DNA of 32,000 bases from Mycolicibacterium smegmatis (GCF_001457595.1 NZ_LN831039.1:2910001-2942000), one strand, 5' to 3'. Counted from the first letter of the stretch, positions 18,956-27,218 are shown. A program made the numbers and translations. The notes: generated from the sequence alone by a model not told the origin.

Positions 18956-19912
18956 TCAGCGGGCCGCGGCGATGTGGCCGAGCAGGTCGCGCACCGCGCC
19001 GGCGGGCGGCGTGCGGGTGCCCGACCAGACGGCCCGCAGATCGCGACGCAGATCCAGCCCGGCCACCGGGACCGCGCGCAGCCGGCCCAGGGTCAGGTCG
19101 TCCTCGACCGCCAGCCGGCTCATCACCGCAGGTCCGGCGCCCGCCGCGACGGCCGCCCGCATCGCCGCCGCCGAGGACAGTTCGATCGCGGGCGCGGCCT
19201 GCGTCGTGTCGCCGAGTGCCCGACGCAGCGCGGTGCTCAGGGCTTCGCGGGTGCCGGAGCCGGCCTCCCGCGACACCAGGGGTGTGTCGTTGAGTTCGGC
19301 CGGTCCGATCGGCGTCGACCGGCGGTCCCACTTGTGCCCGGGCGGCACCACCACGATCAACTCGTCACGGGCAACCACCCGGGTATGCAAACCTCTTGGT
19401 GTACCCGGTGATTCGATGAAGCCCAGCTCGGCGGAGCCGTCGCGCACCGCGCCGATCACGTCTTCGCTGTTGGCCGCGGTCAGGATCACCTCGGGCGTGG
19501 GAACCCCGCGTCGCCGCGCGTCGGCATGCAACGACACCAGCCAGCGCGGCATGAGTTGCTCGGCGATGGTCAGGCTCGCCGCGACGGTCAGCCGTGTATG
19601 GCTCTCGCTGCGCAGCGCGGCCAGTCCCGCGTCGACGCGTTGGGCGACCTCGAGTAGCTGATCGGCCCACTCGGCGACCACCACGCCGGCCTGCGTCAGC
19701 TGTGAACCGCGACTGCTGCGCTGTACCAGGCGCACGCCGGTCTGCGCCTCGATCGAGGCCAGCCGGGCCGACACCGCCTGCTGCGTCAGCCCGAGTTCGC
19801 GGCCCGCCGCGCCCAGGCTGCCGGTGCGGGCGATCGCCAGCAGCACGTCGAACGCGGCCAGCTCGGGCATGCGTGAACTCAGCGGCATGCTGCGGATCGT
19901 AACGCCGGTCAC
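18956..19912 (-). CDS. LysR family transcriptional regulator
   Basis: LAAFDVLLAIARTGSLGAAGRELGLTQQAVSARLASIEAQTGVRLVQRSSRG is a LysR HTH, followed by a substrate-binding domain (GSAELGFIESP). The start could be 19888 or 19870 instead. Confidence 0.93.
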   Translation of the reverse strand: MTGVTIRSMPLSSRMPELAAFDVLLAIARTGSLGAAGRELGLTQQAVSARLASIEAQTGVRLVQRSSRGSQLTQAGVVVAEWADQLLEVAQRVDAGLAALRSESHTRLTVAASLTIAEQLMPRWLVSLHADARRRGVPTPEVILTAANSEDVIGAVRDGSAELGFIESPGTPRGLHTRVVARDELIVVVPPGHKWDRRSTPIGPAELNDTPLVSREAGSGTREALSTALRRALGDTTQAAPAIELSSAAAMRAAVAAGAGPAVMSRLAVEDDLTLGRLRAVPVAGLDLRRDLRAVWSGTRTPPAGAVRDLLGHIAAAR

Positions 19913-19971
19913 AATCCCGGCTTGTGAACGTGGGTCTGCGGGGGCGATTTCAGGTCTTTGCGATCGTCGTG

Positions 19972-19977
19972 TAACCT
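19972..19977 (+). promoter_or_regulatory. candidate -10 element TAACCT for the aroG leader transcript
   Basis: TAACCT fits mycobacterial TANNNT; the last T lies 7 nt before G19984, predicting transcription start at the leader GTG. Confidence 0.55.
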
Positions 19978-19983
19978 GGCCGC

Positions 19984-20025
19984 GTGACTATCGGTGTGTG
20001 CGCCTCGTATTGGCGCTTTATCTAG
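19984..20025 (+). CDS. leader peptide (V/M)TIGVCASYWRFI*, probable attenuator peptide for aromatic amino acid biosynthesis
   Basis: GTG ACT ATC GGT GTG TGC GCC TCG TAT TGG CGC TTT ATC TAG, read directly from the sequence. Contains Tyr, Trp and Phe within 4 codons, 139 nt upstream of the DAHP synthase ATG; absent from the supplied ORF track because of its length. Confidence 0.72.
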   Translation: MTIGVCASYWRFI

Positions 20026-20162
20026 GCTCCGGGCGGAGCCGATAAAGCGCAGCATCAAGCACGCATCCACCCGGAGCCCAAGGCAGCTGACCATCGGTCG
20101 CTGCCTTTCGTCGTAAAAGGGCGCCGGACGCAGCAGGTGCCCACCATCCAAGGAAGGCACCT
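20013..20162 (+). promoter_or_regulatory. attenuator-like structured 5' leader of the DAHP synthase gene
   Basis: Hairpin 1: GCGCTTTATC(20013-20022)-TA-GGCTCC(20025-20030)-gggc-GGAGCC(20035-20040)-GATAAAGCGC(20041-20050). Alternative: GGCTCCGGG(20025-20033) with CCCGGAGCC(20070-20078). Hairpin 2: AAGGCAGC-t-GACC-atc-GGTC-GCTGCCTT(20080-20107). Near the start codon: AGGTGCC(20135-20141) with GGCACCT(20156-20162). Confidence 0.68.
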
Positions 20163-20164
20163 CA

Positions 20165-21217
20165 ATGAATCTGGCGCAGATCGCCAACCCGCCCGCGACG
20201 TCGGATCGGCGTATCCGCAGCTTCAGCGCGATCCCCAGCCCGCACGACGTGCTCACCGAATTCCCGCTGGGTGCCCGTCGCGCCGAGCGTGTGGCCGCCG
20301 ACCGCGACGAGGTCGCCGACATCCTCGCAGGCCGCGACAACCGGCTGCTGGTCGTGGTGGGCCCGTGCTCGGTGCACGACCCGGCCGCCGCGCTCGAATA
20401 CGCGAGCCGTCTGGTCAAGGTGGCCGAGGAGCTCAAGGACACCGTCAAGATCGTGATGCGGGTGTATTTCGAGAAGCCGCGCACCACGATCGGCTGGAAG
20501 GGCCTGATCAACGATCCGGGCATGGACGGCACGTTCGACGTCGCGCGCGGTCTGCGCATCGCACGTCAACTGCTGCTCGACATCATCGACATCGGTCTGC
20601 CGGTCGGGTGTGAGTTCCTGGAGCCCACCAGCCCGCAGTACATCGCCGACGCCGTCGCGTGGGGCGCGATCGGTGCCCGCACCACCGAGTCGCAGGTGCA
20701 CCGTCAGCTGGCCTCGGGCCTGTCGATGCCGGTGGGCTTCAAGAACGGCACCGACGGCAACGTCCAGGTCGCCGTGGACGGCGCGAAATCCGCCGCGGCC
20801 GAGCACGTGTTCTTCGGCATGGACGACATGGGCCGCGGCGCCGTGGTGAGCACCGCCGGCAACGAGGACTGCCACGTGATCCTGCGCGGCGGCACCCGGG
20901 GACCCAATTACGACGCCGAGTCGGTGCGGGCCGCCGCCGCCAAGCTGGCCAAGGCGGGACTGCCCGGTCGCGTCGTGATCGATTGCAGCCACGCCAATTC
21001 CGGCAAGGACCACATCCGCCAGGCCGTCGTCGCGACCGAGGTCGCCCAGATGGTGCGTGACGGTCAGCCGATCAGCGGTGTGATGCTGGAGAGCTTCCTC
21101 GTCGGTGGTGCGCAGAGCCCGGACGCAGAGACGCTGACCTACGGCCAGTCCGTCACCGACAAGTGCATGGATTGGGACGCAACCGATCTCGTGCTGCGCG
21201 AGCTCGCCCGGCGTTAG
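20165..21217 (+). CDS. aroG: 3-deoxy-7-phosphoheptulonate (DAHP) synthase, type I (E. coli AroF/G/H-like)
   Basis: 350 aa; LLVVVGPCSVHDPAAALEYA, KIVMRVYFEKPRTTIGWKGLINDP, GCEFLEPTSPQYIADAVAWGAIGARTTESQ, VVIDCSHANSGKD, GVMLESFLVGG. RBS-like AGGAAGG at 20151-20157. Confidence 0.96.
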   Translation: MNLAQIANPPATSDRRIRSFSAIPSPHDVLTEFPLGARRAERVAADRDEVADILAGRDNRLLVVVGPCSVHDPAAALEYASRLVKVAEELKDTVKIVMRVYFEKPRTTIGWKGLINDPGMDGTFDVARGLRIARQLLLDIIDIGLPVGCEFLEPTSPQYIADAVAWGAIGARTTESQVHRQLASGLSMPVGFKNGTDGNVQVAVDGAKSAAAEHVFFGMDDMGRGAVVSTAGNEDCHVILRGGTRGPNYDAESVRAAAAKLAKAGLPGRVVIDCSHANSGKDHIRQAVVATEVAQMVRDGQPISGVMLESFLVGGAQSPDAETLTYGQSVTDKCMDWDATDLVLRELARR

Positions 21218-22026
21218 TTTCCGCTCGGCTGGGTGTATTTCGCGGAATTGGGGTCGAACCGCGGCTGCCGAGTGTGGTCGAGGTCGATCAGCACGTCGGC
21301 CCCTGTGGTTCCCGGCCTGTGGGTGACCACCATCGCGGTGCCCGCGCGTGGTACGCGGCGCGTGGTGGTCACCATGCTCGCCGTGACCCGTTGTGCGCCA
21401 TGCTCGGTGGGGAATTCGACGACCACGGTGAACACCGGCTTGCCGTCGATCCATCTGCTGAGGAACTTGACCTCGCGCAGGAACCCTGGTGTGCGGGTGC
21501 CGTATCGGCGCATCCAGCTGATCCACGCGTGACGCCTTTGTGTGTATCGGATTCCGCGCCAGGCGCTGAGCGTGACGATCGCGGCGATGACACCGCACGC
21601 CGCGGCGGCCAGGGCGACCCAGCCGCCGGTGGGCCCGCCGATCCATATCGCGGCGCCCAGGATTCCCAGTCCCGTGCCGGCCAAGGCCGGGACGGTGGCG
21701 ATGCGTTTGGCCGTCCAGCGTTGCCCGACAACCTTCGTGGCCTCGTCGGTGACGATGCCGGACACCAACAACGGCAGGAACGTGTAGAGGATGTACAGCA
21801 CGCCCAGCCACCAGATGAACTGGGATGTGTGCTGCCGTAACGAGTTGAAGAACAGCACGCCGCCCACACCTGCGGGGACGTACAGCAGACCGGAGACGAC
21901 GGCGAAAAACGTGAGCAGTGACGGTCCGAACGGCAGCGTGGTGATGCGGTCGCCTTTTTCGTGTGTCGAGAAGTGTGGCAGGTGCTCGTCCCACCCGGGG
22001 AGCTCGTCCACGGTCTCGTGGGCCAT
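21214..22026 (-). CDS. conserved membrane protein, unknown function
   Basis: 270 aa with 4 predicted TM segments and a soluble C-terminal domain; its stop overlaps the convergent aroG stop (21214-21217). Confidence 0.78.
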   Translation of the reverse strand: MAHETVDELPGWDEHLPHFSTHEKGDRITTLPFGPSLLTFFAVVSGLLYVPAGVGGVLFFNSLRQHTSQFIWWLGVLYILYTFLPLLVSGIVTDEATKVVGQRWTAKRIATVPALAGTGLGILGAAIWIGGPTGGWVALAAAACGVIAAIVTLSAWRGIRYTQRRHAWISWMRRYGTRTPGFLREVKFLSRWIDGKPVFTVVVEFPTEHGAQRVTASMVTTTRRVPRAGTAMVVTHRPGTTGADVLIDLDHTRQPRFDPNSAKYTQPSGN

Positions 22027-22122
22027 CAGCGCTCCCTTCGTTCCGTGTTGCTGCGGGGAGCCTCCAGTATTGCCACGAGTTGTCCGGGTGGGCCGCGTGA
22101 GACAGGCCTGAAGGCGGGATTC

Positions 22123-22140
22123 TCACCAAAGGCTCACAGC
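22123..22140 (+). promoter_or_regulatory. possible PhoP-type direct repeat TCACCAA-N4-TCACAGC
   Basis: TCACCAA 22123-22129, spacer AGGC, TCACAGC 22134-22140; further TCACC at 22142 and 22152. About 97 bp upstream of the membrane protein start at 22026. Confidence 0.3.
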
Positions 22141-22214
22141 TTCACCAGAACTCACCACAAGTCTTGTTCGTGGCGGTGCGGATCTCATGGTCTCTGCCGG
22201 CGGGGATCACTTCC

Positions 22215-22247
22215 GAAAGGCGATACCGTATGCGATATCGCCCTTTC
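22215..22247. terminator. inverted repeat, possible terminator of the FMN reductase gene
   Basis: GAAAGGCGATA ... TATCGCCCTTTC, a perfect 7-bp core plus a 4-bp outer stem with one bulged base, 14 bp beyond the stop of the minus-strand gene. Confidence 0.45.
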
Positions 22248-22260
22248 GCCCTTCGTGTCG

Positions 22261-22767
22261 TCAGGCCCCCTGGGGAACGAACTTGCGCGCGATCTGCAGC
22301 CAGCTCTCCAGTTCGGCAGCGGTCTCGTAGTCCGAGTCCAGCAGGTACAGGCTCGGGGCGGGCACGCTCGCGCCGATCTCGACCAGAACCGGCCGCAGCG
22401 TCAACTCGGGGGCCAGCGCGTGCGCCCACGAGCCGCCCAGCATCAAGGGGAACGTCGTGACCTGGCCCAACTCGCCCTGGCCGAACTGGTCCAGGAACAG
22501 CTTGAGCAGGCCGGTGTAGGTGGCCTTGTACGTCGGCGAGGCGACCACGAGGACGTCGGCGGCTTTCACGACGTTCTTGGCCTCGGCGACCTTCGGGTCT
22601 CCCCAGCCCAGCAGTCCGGCACCGAGGTCGACGACATCGATGACGTGCTCGGGCGCCGAGCCGGTCAGTTTCTCGACGACCAGCTCGGCGGCCGCGCGGG
22701 TGCGTGAGTTCGGCTTGGGGTTTCCTACGACGACGACGGCCATGTATGAGTCTCCGGTATCGGTCAC
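22261..22767 (-). CDS. NAD(P)H-dependent FMN reductase family protein
   Basis: VVVVGNPKPNSRTRAAAELV and ADVLVVASPTYKATYTGLLKLFLDQF flavodoxin-like motifs. Start 22767 or the internal ATG MAVVVVGNP. Confidence 0.85.
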   Translation of the reverse strand: MTDTGDSYMAVVVVGNPKPNSRTRAAAELVVEKLTGSAPEHVIDVVDLGAGLLGWGDPKVAEAKNVVKAADVLVVASPTYKATYTGLLKLFLDQFGQGELGQVTTFPLMLGGSWAHALAPELTLRPVLVEIGASVPAPSLYLLDSDYETAAELESWLQIARKFVPQGA

Positions 22768-22951
22768 GACGACAAGCGGGCCCGGTGCGGTGCCCGTGAC
22801 AGGGTAAACCGCGACGATGCGGTGCGCTTGCCGCTCGGCGGTGACAAGCGGTGGCCCGGCATGGCGATCCCCGGCACCGTGGCCGCGCCCCGAATATTTG
22901 CCGTGCCGTCAACATCAGTCGGCGTCCGTGACGGCCAGTAGGGTTCCTGGC

Positions 22952-23440
22952 GTGGTGGGCGAGTTCTTTCTGCGGTCTTTTGTGTCGGTGCTCTGGCTCT
23001 GGCCGGTGTTGCTGGTGGTGGCCGCGTCCGTTTGGCGTACCGAGGTCTTGATCGGCCGGGTGCTTTCCGGTCAGGCCGAGCTCAAGTCCTCTGTCGAACA
23101 GGCGCGCCACGAGGCGGCACGGGCGTATGACCTGGCCTCCGAGAAATCCTTCGTCGCCTGGGACGTGAAGCGCGTCGGGGATGACCGGATCCGCGTCGTC
23201 AACGTCGGCCGCGACGAGGCGCGGTCGGTGACGGTCACCGCGTCGAACTCCGACGGCGTGGCCGAACAGACGGTGAGCTCGGTGCCGGCGTCGCGCGGGG
23301 AGGACGACCGAACCCCGGGAGTGGCGGTGGAGCTGGCCGGCTCCGGTAGTGGAGAGGTGCGCGTCGAGATCACCTGGCGCTCGCCTCTGGGCCGGTGGAC
23401 CACGGAGCGGCAGATTCTCCACGGAGCGTCCGGCTCAGCG
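22952..23440 (+). CDS. membrane-anchored hypothetical protein; 3' boundary uncertain
   Basis: GTG start then VGEFFLRSFVSVLWLWPVLLVVAASVWRTEVL (TM) and a beta-rich domain through VRVEITWRSPLGRWTTERQIL. The open frame continues to 24265 but looks like antisense noise after about 23430. Confidence 0.5.
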
Positions 23441-23740
23441 CTTGGGTTTGAGCACCCACGCCGGGATCCAGTGCGTGACGTTCTTCGTCGTGGCGCCGTA
23501 CCGGATGGGGTAGGTGACCAGGCCCCACCACTGGCCCTGCTCGCACAACGCCCAGCAGGTCAGCTTGCCCTCGACGATCCGGTTCATCTGCAAGCCGCAG
23601 GGGTTGTAGCGGCCGTGGCAGTGCGGTTCGCGAGGGAACAGGGCGACGAGATCGACGAGAACGGCCGTCGGTGGCCGCACCACGCGGAAGATCTCCTGGA
23701 CAGGCTGCCCGCCGTAGCCGATCGCCTGCATGTCGCCCAT
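23435..23740 (-). CDS. hypothetical protein, 101 aa
   Basis: MGDMQAIGYGGQPVQEIFRVVRPPTAVLVDLVALFPREPHCHGRYNPCGLQMNRIVEG..., with balanced composition unlike the shadow ORFs. Confidence 0.65.
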   Translation of the reverse strand: MGDMQAIGYGGQPVQEIFRVVRPPTAVLVDLVALFPREPHCHGRYNPCGLQMNRIVEGKLTCWALCEQGQWWGLVTYPIRYGATTKNVTHWIPAWVLKPKR

Positions 23741-23774
23741 GCATCGATCATATGTTCGAATGGGTCGGCGCGGG

Positions 23775-24107
23775 TCACTGCCCGTCGATCGTCATCCTCA
23801 CGTGGTGCGCCAGGGGCCGGCAGATGTCGATGCTGTGCGCCACCGCGGCCGGATCGCTCCACGGCGGATCTACCGTGGCGGGGATCTCGGTGCCGGTCAG
23901 CACGGTCATCACCACCCACTGTGCCAGGCCGCGTGCATCATCCCAGCCGAGGCCGTCGAAGGCGGCCTCGGCGTCGAGGTCCATCGCGAGTTCCCGCAGG
24001 GCGGCATGGATGCCGGGCTGGGGGAGATGCTCGGCCCAGCGCACGATCACATCGAGGGCCGCGGTCCTGGTGTCCGTCGGGTGATCGGGAACCATGTATC
24101 CCATGTC
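23775..24107 (-). CDS. hypothetical protein, about 110 aa
   Basis: MGYMVPDHPTDTRTAALDVIVRWAEHLPQPGIHAALRELAMDLDAEAAFDGLGWDDARGLAQWVVMTVLTG... looks coding. Upstream starts at 24158 or 24293 are possible. Confidence 0.6.
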   Translation of the reverse strand, partial: DMGYMVPDHPTDTRTAALDVIVRWAEHLPQPGIHAALRELAMDLDAEAAFDGLGWDDARGLAQWVVMTVLTGTEIPATVDPPWSDPAAVAHSIDICRPLAHHVRMTIDGQ

Positions 24108-24363
24108 GGCAGGGTAGTGCGGTGAAACCGCCAGGGCAACAAGGCAATACGTGCCCATCGATCGCCGGGTTTTGTTTTCTGAAGCGGCATCGTGGCGATG
24201 TGTTGGGCAGTAAGCTGAGTGGTTGCGCTTGGGGCCATGAGGGCGTCGGTGGTTTCGGGCAGTGACACGGCTCAGCGCGGTCCTCGCCGCCATCGCCTGT
24301 GCAGCTGTGCCCGTTGCGCTCGCCTGATCGGCGGGTAGCCTGGCATGGATTCAGGAGCTGTCT

Positions 24364-25473
24364 GTGACGGAGGGGCGTGTGCAGAGTGGTCCGGTTTCCG
24401 CGTCGCTTGAGCAGCGCGTCCTGTCCGTAGCACCGCAGCCGGTTTTCGTGGTGGATCACGAGGGCCGTGTGGTCTTCGCCAACAATGCCGCTGCGCGCGG
24501 GTTCGGCTATGACCATCCGGAAGACATGATCGGCCTGCCGAGCCATCAGACCTGGCATCACCGCCGCCCAGATGGCACCCCCATCCCCACAGACGAATGC
24601 CGCTTGTTGGCTGCGACGCGCGCCGGCGTGGCGGCACACGGCACCCATGAGTGGTTCGTGCGGGCCGACGGTTCGATGTTCCCGACAACGTGGTGGTGTG
24701 CACCGTTCGAGGTCGATGGCGACATCGGTGCGGTGTTCGCGTTCACTGATCTGACGGAGCGGCACGCTGCGGAGGAGGCCCGGCGAGCCCGTGACGCCGC
24801 CGAGATTCGTGCCGCCGAATCGCTGGCGGCGCAGCGGCGCATTCTCGAGGCCGCGACATCGGCGCGCAGGCAGATCGCCCGCGACCTACATGACGGTGCT
24901 CAGCAACGAATGCTCAATGTTCTGCTGGCGCTTCAGCTCACACGCGAACACGTGCCCTCCGAACTCGAAGCGCTCGACAGCATGCTGATGGACGCCATGG
25001 CCGAGGCTCGCCATGCGATCACCGAATTGCGGGACCTGGCGGCCGGTATACATCCCACGATCCTCAATACTCGCGGGCTTGTCCCGGCCCTGCGCTCGCT
25101 GAGCGCGCGGACGGCCGTGCCGACGAGCGTGACAGCGCACGACTACGGGGGTGCCGCCGCCGAGATCGAGTCGTGCGCCTATTTTGTGGTGGCCGAGGCC
25201 CTGACGAATGTCGTCAAGCACGCCTGCGCCACCGTCGTCGAAGTGGACGTCGACGGCGACGCAGACACTCTGCAGATCACGGTGCGAGACGACGGTTGCG
25301 GCGGAGCGACGCCCGGACGTGGTCTCGGCCTCGTCGGCATGGCTGACCGCGTCACCGCCATGGGCGGTGAACTGAGCATCACGTCACCGCCCCGTCGTGG
25401 CACGACGATATGTGTGCGGTTACCGCGACGCAGTGCGCCCGTACGCCCGTCTTCGTCTCTGCCGGCGTCGTGA
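24364..25473 (+). CDS. soluble PAS-domain sensor histidine kinase, NarL/DesK (HisKA_3) type
   Basis: PAS (VLSVAPQPVFVVDHEGRVVFANNAAARGFGY), dimerisation box RRQIARDLHDGAQQRMLNVLLALQL, HATPase ALTNVVKHA and GRGLGLVGMADRVTAMGG. No TM segment. Confidence 0.93.
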   Translation: MTEGRVQSGPVSASLEQRVLSVAPQPVFVVDHEGRVVFANNAAARGFGYDHPEDMIGLPSHQTWHHRRPDGTPIPTDECRLLAATRAGVAAHGTHEWFVRADGSMFPTTWWCAPFEVDGDIGAVFAFTDLTERHAAEEARRARDAAEIRAAESLAAQRRILEAATSARRQIARDLHDGAQQRMLNVLLALQLTREHVPSELEALDSMLMDAMAEARHAITELRDLAAGIHPTILNTRGLVPALRSLSARTAVPTSVTAHDYGGAAAEIESCAYFVVAEALTNVVKHACATVVEVDVDGDADTLQITVRDDGCGGATPGRGLGLVGMADRVTAMGGELSITSPPRRGTTICVRLPRRSAPVRPSSSLPAS

Positions 25474-25483
25474 GGAGCTGAGC

Positions 25484-26134
25484 GTGGCCACAGTCGTTGT
25501 CGCCGATGACCATTCCCTGATCCGGGAAGGTGTGGTGCGCGTCCTCGAGCGCGGCGGACATCGTGTCCTCGCGGTCGCCGCCGACGCGGTTGAATTACTT
25601 GTGCAGGTCGACATCCATCGGCCCGATGTCGTCGTCACCGACATCGAGATGCCGCCTAGCTGCAGCGAGGACGGTTTGGCCGCGGCTGTCGACATTCGTG
25701 GACGCCACCCGGAAACGGCTGTGATTGTCTTGTCGCAGTACCTGGAAGATGACTACGCGCTGACGCTTGTCGGGGATCGCCCGCAAGGTGTCGGGTATCT
25801 GCTGAAAGAGAAGATCGCCGATCCGGACATCCTCAATGATGCTGTGCGACGAGTGTCGGTCGGGGAGTCGGTGCTCGATCCCGATGTCGTGACGTGCCTG
25901 GTGCGACGCGGACGACCGCACGACCCGCTGAACACTCTGACACCGCGAGAACGTGAAGTGCTCGGGCTGATGGCCGAAGGGCATTCGAACACCGGCATCG
26001 CGGCGCGATTGGCGGTCACGGTTCCCGCGGTGGAGCGCCATGTCACGAACATCTTCGTCAAACTCGGCTTGTCCCAGGCCAACACCGACCAGCATCGACG
26101 GGTGCTGGCGGTCCTCACATTCCTGAGAGGCTGA
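25484..26134 (+). CDS. LuxR/NarL-family response regulator
   Basis: VATVVVADDHSLIREGVVRVL, VVVTDIEMPP, LKEKIAD and HTH LTPREREVLGLMAEGHSNTGIAARLAVTVPAVERHVTNIFVKLGL. GTG start 10 bp after the kinase stop. Confidence 0.92.
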   Translation: MATVVVADDHSLIREGVVRVLERGGHRVLAVAADAVELLVQVDIHRPDVVVTDIEMPPSCSEDGLAAAVDIRGRHPETAVIVLSQYLEDDYALTLVGDRPQGVGYLLKEKIADPDILNDAVRRVSVGESVLDPDVVTCLVRRGRPHDPLNTLTPREREVLGLMAEGHSNTGIAARLAVTVPAVERHVTNIFVKLGLSQANTDQHRRVLAVLTFLRG

Positions 26135-26316
26135 CCGCCGCGCCGCAGCGCACGGCATAGAACAGGTTGCATCGGGAAAACCCCACAGCCCACCGGGGGC
26201 TGACCGGCACGTGCCTTGTTGTGCCAGCAGGGAAGACATCAGCCACGGCGGCAACGAATCATTGTCGGTGTCGGCATGAGCCGGCGCCCAATGCAGGGAG
26301 TGGGAAGGAGACCCAA

Positions 26317-27192
26317 ATGGCTGTTTGGCTGATCACCGGTGCATCACGTGGACTCGGCAGTGCGATCGCACGGGCGGCACTGGCTGAGGGACACACCGTC
26401 GTTGCGGGCGCACGAAACGTCCCCGCTGCCGCAGCCGAGCTGCCGCACAGTGATGCGCTCACCGTGATCGATCTGGATGTCACCAACTCCGCGCAAGTGA
26501 GCGCGGTCGCCGACGCCACGGCCAAACGCCATGGAGGCATCGATGTCCTGGTGAACAACGCCGGCTACAGCGTCCTGGGCGCCGTCGAAGAACTCACCGA
26601 CACTGAGACACGAGACATGTTCGAGGTCAATGTCTTCGGGCTGCACCGGATGACTCGCGCGGTCCTGCCACACATGCGGGCCCGTGGCCGCGGCCGCATC
26701 CTCAACATCGGGTCTGTCGGAGGCTTCGCCGCCGTCGCGTCATCCGGGCTCTACGGTGCGACGAAATTCGCCGTCGAGGCGATCACCGAAGCGCTCGCCC
26801 TCGAGCTGAGGGGCAGTGGTGTATCGGCGACCGTCATCGAACCAGGAGCTTTCCGCACGGATTTCCTTTCACCGCGTAGCGTCCGATTCGCGGCCACCGA
26901 GATCGACGCCTACGCCGATACCGCGGGCGCAGCACGCACCGCGTTCGCCGCCCTCGATGGTCACCAGCCCGGCGATCCTGACAAGGCGGCAGCCGCGATC
27001 CTGGCTGTCGCCGCCGCCGATCCGGCTCCCCTGCGCGTTCAGCTCGGACGCGACTGCGTGGCCAGAGTCGAACGCAAGCTGCTCGATGTCTGCCAAGAGC
27101 TGGGACGCTGGCGGGCCATCGCCGAATCGACCGATTTCTCAACCAGCCCCGCCGAATCGACCAGTGGCACCCGCACCGTCGGTGCCGCTTGA
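26317..27192 (+). CDS. short-chain dehydrogenase/reductase (SDR)
   Basis: MAVWLITGASRGLGSAIARAALAEGHTVVAGAR, DVLVNNAGYS and SGLYGATKFAVEAITEALA. ATG 26317 preceded by GGAAGGAG. Confidence 0.95.
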   Translation: MAVWLITGASRGLGSAIARAALAEGHTVVAGARNVPAAAAELPHSDALTVIDLDVTNSAQVSAVADATAKRHGGIDVLVNNAGYSVLGAVEELTDTETRDMFEVNVFGLHRMTRAVLPHMRARGRGRILNIGSVGGFAAVASSGLYGATKFAVEAITEALALELRGSGVSATVIEPGAFRTDFLSPRSVRFAATEIDAYADTAGAARTAFAALDGHQPGDPDKAAAAILAVAAADPAPLRVQLGRDCVARVERKLLDVCQELGRWRAIAESTDFSTSPAESTSGTRTVGAA

Positions 27193-27218
27193 CCGCGACG
27201 AGTTCTCAGGAGACCCTC

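Noticed and set aside
18956-19293. C-terminal extension of the TDT transporter ORF to 19293
   Set aside because: Sequence after the G-run slip is Arg/Pro-rich and antisense to a well-supported LysR gene; the true coding potential moves to frame 0 and stops at 18950.
20162-22129. 655-aa minus-strand ORF
   Set aside because: Antisense to the DAHP synthase gene and out of frame with the real minus-strand membrane protein; His/Arg/Val-rich composition typical of GC-rich shadow ORFs.
26200-26240. GGCACGTGCC palindrome and nearby AGCCC/GGGCT repeat between the response regulator and SDR genes
   Set aside because: Short GC-rich palindromes are expected by chance in this genome; no link to a known factor or repeated occurrence was seen.
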